Source of the DNA: Myxococcota bacterium
GTDB taxonomy: Bacteria > Myxococcota_A > Polyangia > Nannocystales > Nannocystaceae
DNA: 64,000 bases
Direction of reading: 5' to 3'
NCBI GenBank assembly: GCA_039028615.1
Contig: JBCCHT010000022.1
Location: 96,001 to 160,000 of the forward strand
Below, piece by piece: positions 18,052 to 28,486 of this stretch; position 1 is the stretch's first letter, and each line of letters opens with the position of its first letter. The position numbers were made by a program, and so were the translations under genes. Under the pieces are notes generated by a model. It ran no database searches. It saw only the letters and a program-made list of their open reading frames with translations, and had not been told where the DNA came from.

Positions 18052-20301
18052 ATGGCTACGGCCCAGGTTTCTTCCGAGTCCTCCGTCGGCTTCCCGCCCA
18101 AGGGCTCCTTGCGGCGGGTTCCGTTTCCGAAACTCATCCGCGAGGTGGCCCGCGCCAAGCTCGACGGCAGCCTCTACTTGCTGTCCGGGCAGACCAAGAA
18201 GGTCGTGTTCTTCCAGCGCGGCCAACCGGTGTTCGTGCGCTCGAACGTGCTGTCCGAGTGCCTCGGGCAGATCCTCGCGCAAGAGGGTCTCATCACCCAG
18301 GAGCAGTGCGAGCAGACCCTCGAGGCGATCCGTCGCACGGGCAAGAAGCAGGGCGAGCTGCTCGTGGAGATGGGCATCCTCTCCGAGGGCAACCTCCGCT
18401 ACGGCCTCGAGGCCCAGCTCCGCGCCAAGCTCTTCGAGATTTTCTCGTGGGAGGAAGGGCGCTACCAGTTCAAGAAGGAGCCGCCCGAGCTCCAGTTCGG
18501 CGTCACGCTCAAGAGCAGCGCCGAAGGGGTGATCGTCGAGGCGATCCAAGACCAGTACACCGAAGAGCGGGCGGTCGAGACCCTCGAGCGGCTCGACGAC
18601 AAGTACCCGGTGCTGCAGGCCAATGCCCTGGAGATCGCCGCCCCCACCCTCTTGGTGGAAGAGCAGCACTTCCTCGCCTGTCTCGATGGCTCCCGCACCG
18701 TGCGAGAGCTGATGGACAACGAGCCCACCCCGGCCGTGCCCTCGCACTACTCGCTGCTTTGCGGCCTGCTGCTGGCGGGCCTCATCGAGCTGTCCGAAAC
18801 GGCGAAGGCCGCGGGTGACCGCCCCGAGGCCCCCAACCTCGATCCAGGCGGAGGCAGCGACGAAGACCTCACGCCCGGGTACGAGGCCCAGGCCCTCATC
18901 ACCGAGTACGAGGACACGCCGCTGCCCGGCGAGATGCCGCAATCGCCCGGCCTGCTGGGCGACCACGAGGACGGCTTCGAAGGCGTGGGCGAAGACTCGG
19001 CCGTCATGCGGGTGGTCGACGTGGTCCGCACCACCGAGGTGCCCGAAGACCTGCGCGCGGCCGAGCCGGCCCGGGTCGAGGAGACCTTCGACGACGACCA
19101 GATCGAGATGGTCGACGACCTCGACCTCGACGACGACGACAACGGACCGCCGCTGCTCGATGCGGCCCCGCCCGCCGAGCTCACGCCGGACGTGCCGGGC
19201 CTCGACCTGGACGACGACGAGAGCTTCGATCTCGGCGCCGAGCTGGGCGATACGGCCATGCCGCCCGTGGCCGTGCCCGAGCCGGTCGCCCGCGGAGGCA
19301 CCGAGCCCCCTCTCGACGGGGCCGCCCCCGCCCAGCCCGAGCCGCTTCCCTCCCCGCCCGAGGCGCCCGCCGCCGTCGCCCCGCCCGCACAGGTGGGGGC
19401 CGCTCCGGCTGCACCCGAGCCCGTCGCCCCCGGCCCGGCCCCGTCTGGCGACGTGGCCTCCGAGGACGCGCTGCTCAGCCTCGCGCCCGACGACGACTTG
19501 CTGATGCTCGACGAGAACGTCGAGGCGCAGGCCATGGACCTGCTCGGCGAAGGCGACGGTCAAGGCCCCGGCCTCACCGACGATCAGCTCGCCAACCTCG
19601 ACCTGGGCAACGACGAAGATCTCGCGCCGCTCGAGTCGATCGACGCGGTGCCGCTGGAGACCATCGATCCCACCTCGATCGAGCCCGACTCGATCGACGA
19701 CGACGTGCTCGAGGTCTCCCCCGACGACCTCGAGCTCGCCGAGCTGGACGACGACGACATCGACAGCCTGGGCGAGCTGTCCTCCCCCGAGCAGGCCCCC
19801 TTGGCGGCTCCCGACGCGGGAGGCGACGGCGACGACGCCCTGATGGACTTCGCCGATCTGGACGACATCGACCTCGGTGCCAACGAGGAGGACGACGGCG
19901 GCGACGACGAGTTCGACGGAGGCGGTGCCGACGACGACATGCAGGGCGCCCTGCACTTCAGCGCGGGTCAATCGGCCATCGCCGAGCAGCGCTGGGCCGA
20001 CGCGGTCACCGAGCTCGAGCGCGCCTACGAGACGGGCTTCGACGTCGCCGAGCTGCACGCCATGCTCGCCTACGCTCGCTTCCAGGCCTCGGGCGGCGAC
20101 GAGCAGACCGCCCAGCATGCGTTCGAGCTGCTGGAGTATGCCCAGCAGATCGATCCCAGCCTCGACCTGGTCCACGCCTACCGCGGAGCGATTCATCGGG
20201 CACGGGGCGACATCCCCCAGGCTCGCGAGTCGCTCGACCGCGCGCTGGAGCTCAACCCCTACTGCGAGCTGGCGATGGAGATCCAAGACGCCATCGGCTG
20301 A
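18052..20301 (+). CDS. DUF4388-like N-terminal domain, long acidic linker, C-terminal TPRs
   Basis: GSLRRVPFPKLI...DGSLYL...VFFQRG...FSWEEGRYQF; D/E/L-rich linker; terminal TPRs (ALELNP). Confidence 0.7.
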   Translation: MATAQVSSESSVGFPPKGSLRRVPFPKLIREVARAKLDGSLYLLSGQTKKVVFFQRGQPVFVRSNVLSECLGQILAQEGLITQEQCEQTLEAIRRTGKKQGELLVEMGILSEGNLRYGLEAQLRAKLFEIFSWEEGRYQFKKEPPELQFGVTLKSSAEGVIVEAIQDQYTEERAVETLERLDDKYPVLQANALEIAAPTLLVEEQHFLACLDGSRTVRELMDNEPTPAVPSHYSLLCGLLLAGLIELSETAKAAGDRPEAPNLDPGGGSDEDLTPGYEAQALITEYEDTPLPGEMPQSPGLLGDHEDGFEGVGEDSAVMRVVDVVRTTEVPEDLRAAEPARVEETFDDDQIEMVDDLDLDDDDNGPPLLDAAPPAELTPDVPGLDLDDDESFDLGAELGDTAMPPVAVPEPVARGGTEPPLDGAAPAQPEPLPSPPEAPAAVAPPAQVGAAPAAPEPVAPGPAPSGDVASEDALLSLAPDDDLLMLDENVEAQAMDLLGEGDGQGPGLTDDQLANLDLGNDEDLAPLESIDAVPLETIDPTSIEPDSIDDDVLEVSPDDLELAELDDDDIDSLGELSSPEQAPLAAPDAGGDGDDALMDFADLDDIDLGANEEDDGGDDEFDGGGADDDMQGALHFSAGQSAIAEQRWADAVTELERAYETGFDVAELHAMLAYARFQASGGDEQTAQHAFELLEYAQQIDPSLDLVHAYRGAIHRARGDIPQARESLDRALELNPYCELAMEIQDAIG

Positions 20302-20325
20302 GCGGGCTCCGACTCTCAGAGCACG

Positions 20326-20355
20326 AAAAAGGGCGCCTCGAGGGGCGCCCTTTTT
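20326..20355. terminator. Bidirectional intrinsic terminator
   Basis: AAAAAGGGCGCC-TCGAGG-GGCGCCCTTTTT between convergent genes. Confidence 0.85.
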
Positions 20356-20387
20356 CATGGTGCTCGGCGAAAGGCCGAGCCCGCGGC

Positions 20388-22769
20388 CTACGGAGCGGCC
20401 GCGGGGGTGGGAGCCGCCGCGGGGGCCTCGGCGGGCGCCGCCGCGGGAGCCTCGGCCGGGGCCGCAGCGGGCGCTGCCGCCGGGTCGGCGGCCGGGGTGC
20501 CCTCGGAGGGCAGGCTCGGGGTCAGCCCCATCTCGGTGATCAGGTGATCGGCGTTGTCGACCGCATCCATGATCCAAAGGACGTAGCGGATGTCGACGTG
20601 AATGGAGCGGGTCACCTCGGGCACGAAGAGCCAGTCGCTGGCGATGGACTCGTAGTTGCCGTCGAAGGCCAGCCCGATGAGCTCGCCGCGAGCGTTGAGC
20701 GTGGCCGAGCCGGAGTTGCCTCCGGTGATGTCGAGGTCGGCCAGGAAGTTGACCGGCAGCTCGCCCAGGGTGGCGTCGGCGTAGGGACCGAAGTCCTTGA
20801 CCTGGGCCGCGGCCACGATGCCCTCGGGCGCCGCGAAGGGCTCCTCACCCGTGTGCTTGGCGACCATCTCGGAGATGGAGGTGAAGGGCACGTAGGGCTC
20901 GGCCGCGCCGTCCTTCTGGTAGCCGCGCACGGTGCCGTAGCTGATGCGCAGGGTGCCGTTGGCGTCGGGGGCCATGCTCGAGCCGGTGAACTCGCGCAGC
21001 GCCGCGATGTACTGCGGGCGGAGGCTGGCCAGCGCACCGTCGTTCTCCTTGGTGCGGACCTCCACCTCTTCGACGACCAGCTCGATGGTGGCCGCCGCCT
21101 TGAGCATGGGGTCGCGGCTGCGGTCGAGCTTCTTGAGCTTGGTGGCCGCGGCCTTGGCCACGCCCTCGGCGTCGCCGAGCTTGGTCTTGCTGAACAGCTT
21201 GCCCAGGGCCTTGTCGACCGCGGCCTCGTCGAGGTCGGAGCCCGAGCCGGCCTTGCCGAGGAGCGCCTCGAGGATGGCGCTGGGGCGCTGCTCGTCGGGG
21301 AGCTTGGCGGCGCGGGTCAGGGCCAGCTTGAGCACCGCGCGGTCGAGGGTGGGATCGTAGGCCGCGGCCCGCCCCTCGAGCCCCGCCTCCATCGCGGCGA
21401 TCTCTTCGTCGCCGAAGCCGGGTCGACGCTGGTCGGCCGGCAGCTCGCGCTGGGTGGCCAGCTCACGGATGGTCAGCGCGGTGCCGAGCAAGCTGCTGGC
21501 CCGCAGGATCTCGCGCACGCTGGAGTCGTAGTCGCGGGTCGCCTTGCCGGCCTCCTGCAGGGCGGCCATGTCGGCGAGCACGGTGCCGTACTTGGCCTGT
21601 CGCTCGGGGTCGCCGTCGATCCACGCCTGCAGCTCGCCCTCGACCTTGGCCTTCTCGTCGGCCAGGCCGCCCTTGCTCAGGCCGTCGAGCATGCCCTGGA
21701 AGTTGGTGCGGTAGTTCGCCAGGCCTCGCAGCCGCGGCGTGGCCTTGATGGCCAGGGCCGGGTTCTCGCGCCCCAGCGCCTCGTACAGCGCGATGTACTG
21801 GTCGTAGCGCTCGATGAGCGTGGGGTAGCGCCAGTCGACGGCGGAGCGAACCTCGGCGGCCGTCTTGAGCCGATAGGTCCGACCCGGGTAGCCCGCGACC
21901 ATGGCGAAGTCCCCCTCGGCCAGCGGCTCGGTGGCGATCTTCAGGTGGTGCGGCGGCGAGTAGGGCACGTTGTCCGCCGAGGGCGCGGCCGGCTTGCCGT
22001 CGGGGCCCACGTACGCGCGCAGGAAGGTGTAGTCGCCGGTGTGGCGGGGCCACTGCCAGTTGTCGACCTCGCCCCCGAACACGCCGATGCCCGCGTGCGG
22101 GGCGTAGACCAGGCGCACGTCCTTGATCTCGAGCTGCTCGATCTGGATGAACTGGGCGCCCTCGAAGTAGCTGGCGACGACGCAGCGCGTGTCTTCCTTG
22201 CCCGCCTCGCAGGTGTCCTTGGCCGCCAGGCGACGGCGGGTGAGCTCATCGATGCGCGCCTGGTTGTCGGCGATGTCCGACAGCCCGTCGAGGATCTGGT
22301 CGGTGACGTCGGTGAACGCGGTGGACACGTAGATGCGCGCCCGCGGCCCGCCGGGCAGCTCGTCGGCCTTGGTCTGCGCCAAGTAGCCGTCCTTGATCAG
22401 GTTGTTGTCGGGCGTCGAGTTCTTCTGCAGGTAGCCGATGGCGCAGTGGTGATTGGTGATCACCAGGCCCTCGGGGGACACGAACGACGCCGAGCAACCG
22501 CCCAGGCTCACCACCGCGCCCAGCGGAAACGCGGTGGGATCGGTGAGGGCCTCGGCCGGGAAGGACACACCGAGCTTCTCGAGGGTCTCCTTGTGGTCAC
22601 CCTCGCCGAGCTGGCTGGGCATCCACATGCCGCCCGGATTTTCGAACGCAAACGGCTCGGCCGCAGGAGGCGTCGTCGCGGTGTTCTTGTTGCACCCTGC
22701 GGCAAGCAGAGAGAGCCCCAGGGCACCCGCCCACGTGTTCAGCTTCCAGCTGGCTCCAAGACCGATCAT
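20388..22769 (-). CDS. S46 family dipeptidyl peptidase (DPP7/DPP11-like), lipoprotein
   Basis: GMWMP, GGCSASFVSPEGLVITNHHC, FGGEVDNWQWPRHTGD, PDANGTLRISYG and DITGGNSGS...GLAFDGN; lipobox LAAGC; Ala/Pro-rich tail. Confidence 0.93.
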   Translation of the reverse strand: MIGLGASWKLNTWAGALGLSLLAAGCNKNTATTPPAAEPFAFENPGGMWMPSQLGEGDHKETLEKLGVSFPAEALTDPTAFPLGAVVSLGGCSASFVSPEGLVITNHHCAIGYLQKNSTPDNNLIKDGYLAQTKADELPGGPRARIYVSTAFTDVTDQILDGLSDIADNQARIDELTRRRLAAKDTCEAGKEDTRCVVASYFEGAQFIQIEQLEIKDVRLVYAPHAGIGVFGGEVDNWQWPRHTGDYTFLRAYVGPDGKPAAPSADNVPYSPPHHLKIATEPLAEGDFAMVAGYPGRTYRLKTAAEVRSAVDWRYPTLIERYDQYIALYEALGRENPALAIKATPRLRGLANYRTNFQGMLDGLSKGGLADEKAKVEGELQAWIDGDPERQAKYGTVLADMAALQEAGKATRDYDSSVREILRASSLLGTALTIRELATQRELPADQRRPGFGDEEIAAMEAGLEGRAAAYDPTLDRAVLKLALTRAAKLPDEQRPSAILEALLGKAGSGSDLDEAAVDKALGKLFSKTKLGDAEGVAKAAATKLKKLDRSRDPMLKAAATIELVVEEVEVRTKENDGALASLRPQYIAALREFTGSSMAPDANGTLRISYGTVRGYQKDGAAEPYVPFTSISEMVAKHTGEEPFAAPEGIVAAAQVKDFGPYADATLGELPVNFLADLDITGGNSGSATLNARGELIGLAFDGNYESIASDWLFVPEVTRSIHVDIRYVLWIMDAVDNADHLITEMGLTPSLPSEGTPAADPAAAPAAAPAEAPAAAPAEAPAAAPTPAAAP

Positions 22770-22918
22770 GGCGCATGCGTAACAGATCTTCCCCTGTCCA
22801 CGCACGGGGATAGCGCGGGAGGATCCCAACGCAGAGGCGACGAAACACCGGCCCGAAGCGACCCTCAGCGCACCTTTCGAGCCCTCGTCCCGGGGGCCGG
22901 GCGCCCCGATCCGCGTCG

Positions 22919-23989
22919 ATGCCCGACGAAGTGGTAACCTCGATCTCCGTGGTGACTGGCAGACGCTCCTTGCTCGTCGCCAACCCGACCGCCCGCAGCG
23001 GTAAGGCGAAGCGCTTCATCGACAAAGCGATGGAAGCGCTCGAAGACAGCCGGCTCGATCCGGAGTTCTTCGCCACCCTCCCCGACGGCGCCACCGTCGA
23101 AGCGCTGGCGGAGCGGCTCGAGCGTGAGGATGCCGCACGAGTGATCTACATGGGCGGCGACGGCACCTTCGCGGAGGCGGCCAAGGCGATCATCTTGGCG
23201 CGTGAGCGCACGGGGGTCGACGTCCCGCTCGGCATGCTGCCGATGGGCACCGCCAACGACCAGGGGCGCTCGTTCGGGATCCTCGCGGGGGTCAAGGCCC
23301 TGCCCCGCAACGTCGAGGTGATCGCAGCGGGAATCGAGCAGTGGCTCGACGTCGGCCGGGTCGAGGCCATCGACGACCAGGGCGAGACCACCGCCAGCGA
23401 TCTGTGGTTCGACAGCTGCGGCGTGGGCCTGTCCGCCCGCATCCTGTTCCAGCGCAACCGCGACCGCGAGTTCGTCGAGCGCATGCCCCTCGTGCGGCGC
23501 GTGTACCGCGACAAACTCGTCTACACCAGCGCGGCCTTACGCAGTCTGCTTTCCGGGTGGGTCACCCGCCAGAGCTTCGCGGCCGAGCTGTCCATCGACG
23601 GCGAGACCACCGAGCTGACCGGCGTCACCGACCTGCTGGTGCAGGGCACCATCCTGTTCGCGGGCGACTGGATCTTCGACGAGTCGGCCAAGGCGGACGA
23701 CGGCCGCTTCGAGGTGGTGGTGATGCGCGGTCACGGCGACTGGGCCGCCGCCGCCATCAGCGGCCACAAGCACAACCCGGTGACCGGCGACGACCTCGAG
23801 GTGCTCGGCGTGCAGCGGCGAACGGTGCCCCGCGGCAAGCACATCGAGCTGCGCCTATTCAAACCGGCGGGCATCGAGGTCCCCGCGCAGATCGACGGCG
23901 AAGAGTGGGTCTCGGCCGACCACTATCGCATCGAGAATTTGTTCCACCACCTGCGCATCATCGTGCCCGAGGACCCGCACTGGATCTGA
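22919..23989 (+). CDS. Diacylglycerol/lipid kinase family (YegS/BmrU-like)
   Basis: NPTARSG, GGDGT, LPMGTAND, DDGRFEV and QIDGE. Confidence 0.9.
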   Translation: MPDEVVTSISVVTGRRSLLVANPTARSGKAKRFIDKAMEALEDSRLDPEFFATLPDGATVEALAERLEREDAARVIYMGGDGTFAEAAKAIILARERTGVDVPLGMLPMGTANDQGRSFGILAGVKALPRNVEVIAAGIEQWLDVGRVEAIDDQGETTASDLWFDSCGVGLSARILFQRNRDREFVERMPLVRRVYRDKLVYTSAALRSLLSGWVTRQSFAAELSIDGETTELTGVTDLLVQGTILFAGDWIFDESAKADDGRFEVVVMRGHGDWAAAAISGHKHNPVTGDDLEVLGVQRRTVPRGKHIELRLFKPAGIEVPAQIDGEEWVSADHYRIENLFHHLRIIVPEDPHWI

Positions 23990-24018
23990 GCGGACGGGTG
24001 TGCGACCACTACGCGGTC

Positions 24019-25005
24019 ATGGTGTTCACGAGGCCCTCACTGCCGTTGTGGCTGGCGCTGAGCCTGACCGCGGTCGGCTGTGACCGGCTGACCCAGGCGA
24101 TCGAGAACAAAGCAGAAGAGGTCGCCGGCGACATGAAATCGACCGCCGACGGGTCCGCGGTGCCGCCCGTGCCCGAGGCCACCGACAACGAGAAGCTCGC
24201 CCGCAAGCTGGCGCTGTACCTCGAGTGCACCAACCGGGCGAGCAAGCGCATGCACGAGAGCTGGCTGCGCTACACCGAGCGCGCGAAGGACAACGGCACG
24301 CCCAAGAAGAAGAGCGTGCCGCCCTTTTTGTACAAGATCGACTCCGAGCTGACGCCGTGTCGCGAGGCGGCCACCAAGGGCCCCACCACCGAGCCCTCCC
24401 TGCCCTCCATCGAAGCGGCGATGGCCTCGTACCTCGAGCACGCCGAGGCCTTCGCCGCGCAGACGGTCACCCTCGACGAGTACTACGAGCAGGAGAAGTA
24501 CAAAGAGGACGACTGGGCCCTGGCCAAGGAGGTCGCCCCGAAGTTCGCGGCCGCCTACGAGGCGTGGAGCGCCGCCGACGAGCGGCTCGGCACCATCGTC
24601 CGCGACAACAACGACGTGGTGGAGCGCAAGGTCCTGGTCGAGGTCGAGGAGCGCGAGGGTCGAGCGATCGAGTGGCAGTCCCGCTACGTGATGCTGGCCG
24701 CCAAGGACTTCGTGCGCTGCGCCACCGCCGACGAGGGCAAGGCCGACCGCTGCGAGTACACCCTGACCACGTTCGAGAAGGCCGAGCAGAGCTTCCGTCG
24801 CTACTACGACGACCACCGCAGCGAGGCCGACCACGTGTTCTGGATGAACTCGTTTCAGCGCTCGGTGGGTGAGTTCCTCGCCGACGGCCAGGCCTTCATG
24901 CGTGACCTGAAGAAGGGCGAGGCCAAGCCCGAGCGCTCGCAGGCGTTGGCGAGCGCCTTCGACGACCTCGCCATCCACTCGAACAACCTCCGTTTCAAGC
25001 GATGA
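24019..25005 (+). CDS. YiiG/DUF3829-like helical lipoprotein
   Basis: Lipobox AVGC; KLALYLECTN; YYEQEKYKEDDW pattern. Confidence 0.6.
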   Translation: MVFTRPSLPLWLALSLTAVGCDRLTQAIENKAEEVAGDMKSTADGSAVPPVPEATDNEKLARKLALYLECTNRASKRMHESWLRYTERAKDNGTPKKKSVPPFLYKIDSELTPCREAATKGPTTEPSLPSIEAAMASYLEHAEAFAAQTVTLDEYYEQEKYKEDDWALAKEVAPKFAAAYEAWSAADERLGTIVRDNNDVVERKVLVEVEEREGRAIEWQSRYVMLAAKDFVRCATADEGKADRCEYTLTTFEKAEQSFRRYYDDHRSEADHVFWMNSFQRSVGEFLADGQAFMRDLKKGEAKPERSQALASAFDDLAIHSNNLRFKR

Positions 25006-26606
25006 GCACGCCGGATTCGCGGGACGACGATCCGCTGGAGTCCGCGTCGTCGCCCGCCGATGGCGACGACGCGCAGGACTCCGACACCAGCGGGTCCTTC
25101 GAGGCCCGCGCCGCCTGGCTGGCCGCGCTGGTCGCCGTGCTGCTCGCCGCCCCCTTCATCGCCGGGCCCCACGACTTCCCGCTCGACGACGCGTGGATCC
25201 ACCTGTCCTACGCCAAGAGCCTGCGGCTGGGCGACGGGGCCAGCTACAACCCCGGCGATGGCGAGCTGGGCTTTTCCAGCCCGCTGTGGATGGTCCTGCT
25301 CGCGGTGTGGCCGATCGCCGGAGACCCGGTGCGGCCGGTCCAACTGCTGGGGCTGCTGCTGCATGGCCTCACCGCTTGGGTCGCAGCGCACCTGGGGCTG
25401 TCGCTCGCCCGCGAGCGCGCCAGCGTCGAGGCTCCGATGCCGCTTCTGTCGATCACCCTGCTCGCCGGGGTCTTCGCCGCCGCCACCCCCACCCTGGTCC
25501 AAGCGGCCACCAGCGGCATGGAGGTCTCGCTGACCGCCGCGCTCGTGCTGGCGGTGGCCTGGGCCATGGTCAGCGGTCGCGTGGGCGCCAGCGCCATCCT
25601 GGGGGCCCTCGCCGTGCTCGCCCGCCCCGAGGCCCTCGGCTTCGTGGTGGCCCTCGCCGCAGGACTCAGCCCCTGGCGCTGGCGGTCGCAGGCCCCCCGC
25701 CCCGCCGTGGTCGCCCCGTTGGCCGCCGTGGTCGGGGCCGCGACCGCGCTGGCGCTGTGGCTCGGCTACTGCTTCATGATGCTCGAGCAGTGGTGGCCCA
25801 ACGCCCAGTACGTCAAAGGCGAAGGCGGCGGGCTCGAAGGCCTCGGCTACATCAGCGAGCAGGTCCTGCCGTGGCAGCCGTGGCTCATCTCGGCCAGCGG
25901 CGTGATCTTGGTGGTCCTCGCGGCGCGCAACGACCTGAAGAAGCGCCGCCCCGAGCTGGTCGCCCTGCTCGCAGCGACCCTGCTCACCCTGTTCGCCATC
26001 GCGCTGTCCCGACCGCTGGACCCCAGCACGCAGTTTTATCAGCGCCGCTACTTCACGCCCTTCGTGGTGGTGATCACGGTGCTGTTGCCCTTCGGTCTGC
26101 CGCTGGCGCGCCGCTGGCTCGCGCTGCTGCTCGTGGTGCCCATCGCGATCGCCAGCGGCCTCCAGATCCACGCCCTGCACGAGCGCACGCAGGGGCTACG
26201 CGCCGACATCCATCAGCTGCACGGCGCCCTGGCCGAGACCATCGTCGAGCAGCTGCCGGCCGACGCCCGCATCGCGGTCGAGGGCGCGGGCGCCCCTCGC
26301 TTCTTCGCCCCGCGCTCGATGATCATCATCGACCTGGTCGGCCTCAACGACCACGAGATGGCGCAGCAACGCGACGACGTGAAGGGCAAGCTGTGTCACG
26401 TGGTTCGGCAACGGCCTACGCACTTCGCCATCCCGGCGGACTGGGTCGGCAGCTTCGCTCCCGTGTTCGCCCTGCGGCCCATCGCGCGCTTCGACGATCC
26501 CGTCTACACCCAGGTCGATCCCCCGCGTGCCCTCACGCTGCTGCTGCTCGAGGTCGAGGACATCCACCCCGCGTGGGTCGAGGGCTGTGCCACGGGCACG
26601 CCGTGA
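25002..26606 (+). CDS. Polytopic membrane protein, GT-C-fold glycosyltransferase-like
   Basis: DDAWIHLSYAKSL...GFSSPLW, SGME, ARPE, RRYFTP and DLVGLND; ATGA overlap with the upstream gene. Confidence 0.6.
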   Translation: MSTPDSRDDDPLESASSPADGDDAQDSDTSGSFEARAAWLAALVAVLLAAPFIAGPHDFPLDDAWIHLSYAKSLRLGDGASYNPGDGELGFSSPLWMVLLAVWPIAGDPVRPVQLLGLLLHGLTAWVAAHLGLSLARERASVEAPMPLLSITLLAGVFAAATPTLVQAATSGMEVSLTAALVLAVAWAMVSGRVGASAILGALAVLARPEALGFVVALAAGLSPWRWRSQAPRPAVVAPLAAVVGAATALALWLGYCFMMLEQWWPNAQYVKGEGGGLEGLGYISEQVLPWQPWLISASGVILVVLAARNDLKKRRPELVALLAATLLTLFAIALSRPLDPSTQFYQRRYFTPFVVVITVLLPFGLPLARRWLALLLVVPIAIASGLQIHALHERTQGLRADIHQLHGALAETIVEQLPADARIAVEGAGAPRFFAPRSMIIIDLVGLNDHEMAQQRDDVKGKLCHVVRQRPTHFAIPADWVGSFAPVFALRPIARFDDPVYTQVDPPRALTLLLLEVEDIHPAWVEGCATGTP

Positions 26607-26655
26607 TCAGTTCTGATAGGGTCCCCCGCGTCGTCGAGACCCGACGCCTCTTCCG

Positions 26656-27162
26656 ATGATCGAGTTTACTCTCCGCCACGAACTAGACTGCACTCCCGAC
26701 CGTCACTGGGAGCTGTTCTTCGATCACGACTGGACCTACTCGCTGCTCACCGACGGGCTCGGTTTCGCGGCGGACATCGGTGCCGTGAAGCAAGAGGAAG
26801 GCGCGCGGCGGCGCCAGATGGACGTCAAGCCCGTGGCCGACCTGCCCCGCGCCGTGGCCAAGCTGCTCGGCGACGCGCTGGGCTACACCGAGCGCGGGCA
26901 CTACGACGAAGCCACCCGCACGTGGAGCTACGACCTCGTCCTCAACGTCATGAGCGACAAGATCAAGATGGGCGGCAAGGTGCACCTCGAGCCGCTCGGT
27001 GACGATCGATGCACCCGCGTCTCGAAGATGTGGGCCGAGGCGAAGATCTTCGGCATCGGCGGCCTGGTGGAGAAGGCGGCCGAGAAGAACATGCGCGACG
27101 GCTGGACCAAGAGCGCCAACTGGATCAACGGCTGGCTCGCCAAGAACCCCGCCGACGGCTGA
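26656..27162 (+). CDS. DUF2505-family (START/SRPBCC-like) protein
   Basis: 168 aa; HELDCTPDRHWELFFD and KIFGIGGLVEK patterns. Confidence 0.65.
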   Translation: MIEFTLRHELDCTPDRHWELFFDHDWTYSLLTDGLGFAADIGAVKQEEGARRRQMDVKPVADLPRAVAKLLGDALGYTERGHYDEATRTWSYDLVLNVMSDKIKMGGKVHLEPLGDDRCTRVSKMWAEAKIFGIGGLVEKAAEKNMRDGWTKSANWINGWLAKNPADG

Positions 27163-27189
27163 GCCGCCGGCTCACGTCACCGCCGAAAT

Positions 27190-27226
27190 CGCGGAGGCTC
27201 GACGCGCTCGAGTCTCCGCGTTTTTT
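27190..27226 (+). terminator. Intrinsic terminator
   Basis: CGCGGAGGCTCGA...TCGAGTCTCCGCG stem followed by TTTTTT. Confidence 0.8.
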
Positions 27227-27511
27227 GTTGGCGGGCCGGGCGGCGCTCGGCGGCTGCCCCGCGTGGTCGCGACCGGCTGCCGAAGGTCATCGCCGGCCGC
27301 CGTTTTTTGCGTCGCGTTCGAAGACGGGCGACGGGCGGGACTCATGCGCGAAGCCGAGCCGTTGAACGGGCATGCACTGGCCGAATTCCGCGATCCACTG
27401 GGCGTTGCTGGATGCAATTGCGTGATGTAGCCAACGTGCAGACAGCAGCGCGCCACCGTGCACACACTTGCGCACTGTGAACGATTCCGGCAAACTGAAC
27501 ACCTGAGGGGA

Positions 27512-28300
27512 ATGGCGATGAAGGGAACCGAACGACACCGACAGCGGCCTTGGGAGCTCGTCCGTCGGACGATGGGCGGCCGACGCGCCATGATGGAGAA
27601 GGTGCGGCACTTGCGCTCCGCCGTGGCCCACTACGGTCGCGAAGATCTCGTTCGGGCGCGCCTCGAGCGCCTCCAGCAACTCGGCCACATCCAGACGATC
27701 CCCAACCGTCTGCAGCGCATCGTCGGCGCCATCGACATGATGCGCTTTTTCATCGTCCCCGCCGCGGCCGACTACTACGGCGAGAAGGACATCGACTTCA
27801 CGTTCCACTCGTTCTTGCGCTTCCTCGACGATCCCGCGTCGGTCATCGACCCCACCGGGTTCAATTCCACGCGCGACAACATCATCGGCCACGTGATGCA
27901 GGTGGTGCACGCCAATCCGCAGTACGACTTCCAGCTGCTCGACACCTTCGAAGACGGCATGGATCAGATGGAGCTCCAGCTGATGTCGGTGCTCGACGGC
28001 AGTCACCCGCGCGCCGAGTCGATCCGCGCCATCGTCGAAGAGCCCGACTACCACGAGCGCCTGCTCGAGCATGTCCGGGCCTATCGCGCCGACCCGGGTG
28101 CGCATCGGCTCGTTCGCAACAACGTCGCCAAGAACTTTCTCGCCGAAGAGCGCACCTTCGGCACCGTGCCCTCGGCCATTCGGTACTTCTCCCGCATGCC
28201 GAACACGCTGCCCGACGCCATCAATCATCTGGTCTCGGTCCGGGAGTTTCCCCTCCACCTGGCCGAGCCCGCAGCACCCTCTCAGGCCGAAGCCGCCTGA
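27512..28300 (+). CDS. Hypothetical protein
   Basis: GAGGGG RBS before the ATG at 27512; typical G/C third-position bias; no family recognised. Confidence 0.7.
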   Translation: MAMKGTERHRQRPWELVRRTMGGRRAMMEKVRHLRSAVAHYGREDLVRARLERLQQLGHIQTIPNRLQRIVGAIDMMRFFIVPAAADYYGEKDIDFTFHSFLRFLDDPASVIDPTGFNSTRDNIIGHVMQVVHANPQYDFQLLDTFEDGMDQMELQLMSVLDGSHPRAESIRAIVEEPDYHERLLEHVRAYRADPGAHRLVRNNVAKNFLAEERTFGTVPSAIRYFSRMPNTLPDAINHLVSVREFPLHLAEPAAPSQAEAA

Positions 28301-28486
28301 GCGACCACTGACCACGGTCGAACCGATCGTCGCTTCCCCGGTGGACTGACCCGCGCGACCCCCCCTCCCCCCCCCAGCGGCTCAGTCCTCCCCACCCGGG
28401 AGGAGCACGGAGGGCCGACCCCCATCCAAACGGGGGTCGGTCCTCGCCTTTGGCGGGCCGGCGTCTACGCCGTGCCCACCAACAAC

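Noticed and set aside
27228..28461. 12-bp direct repeat TTGGCGGGCCGG flanking the hypothetical gene
   Set aside because: It is short and GC-rich, with no terminal inverted repeats or transposase, so it is plausibly chance.
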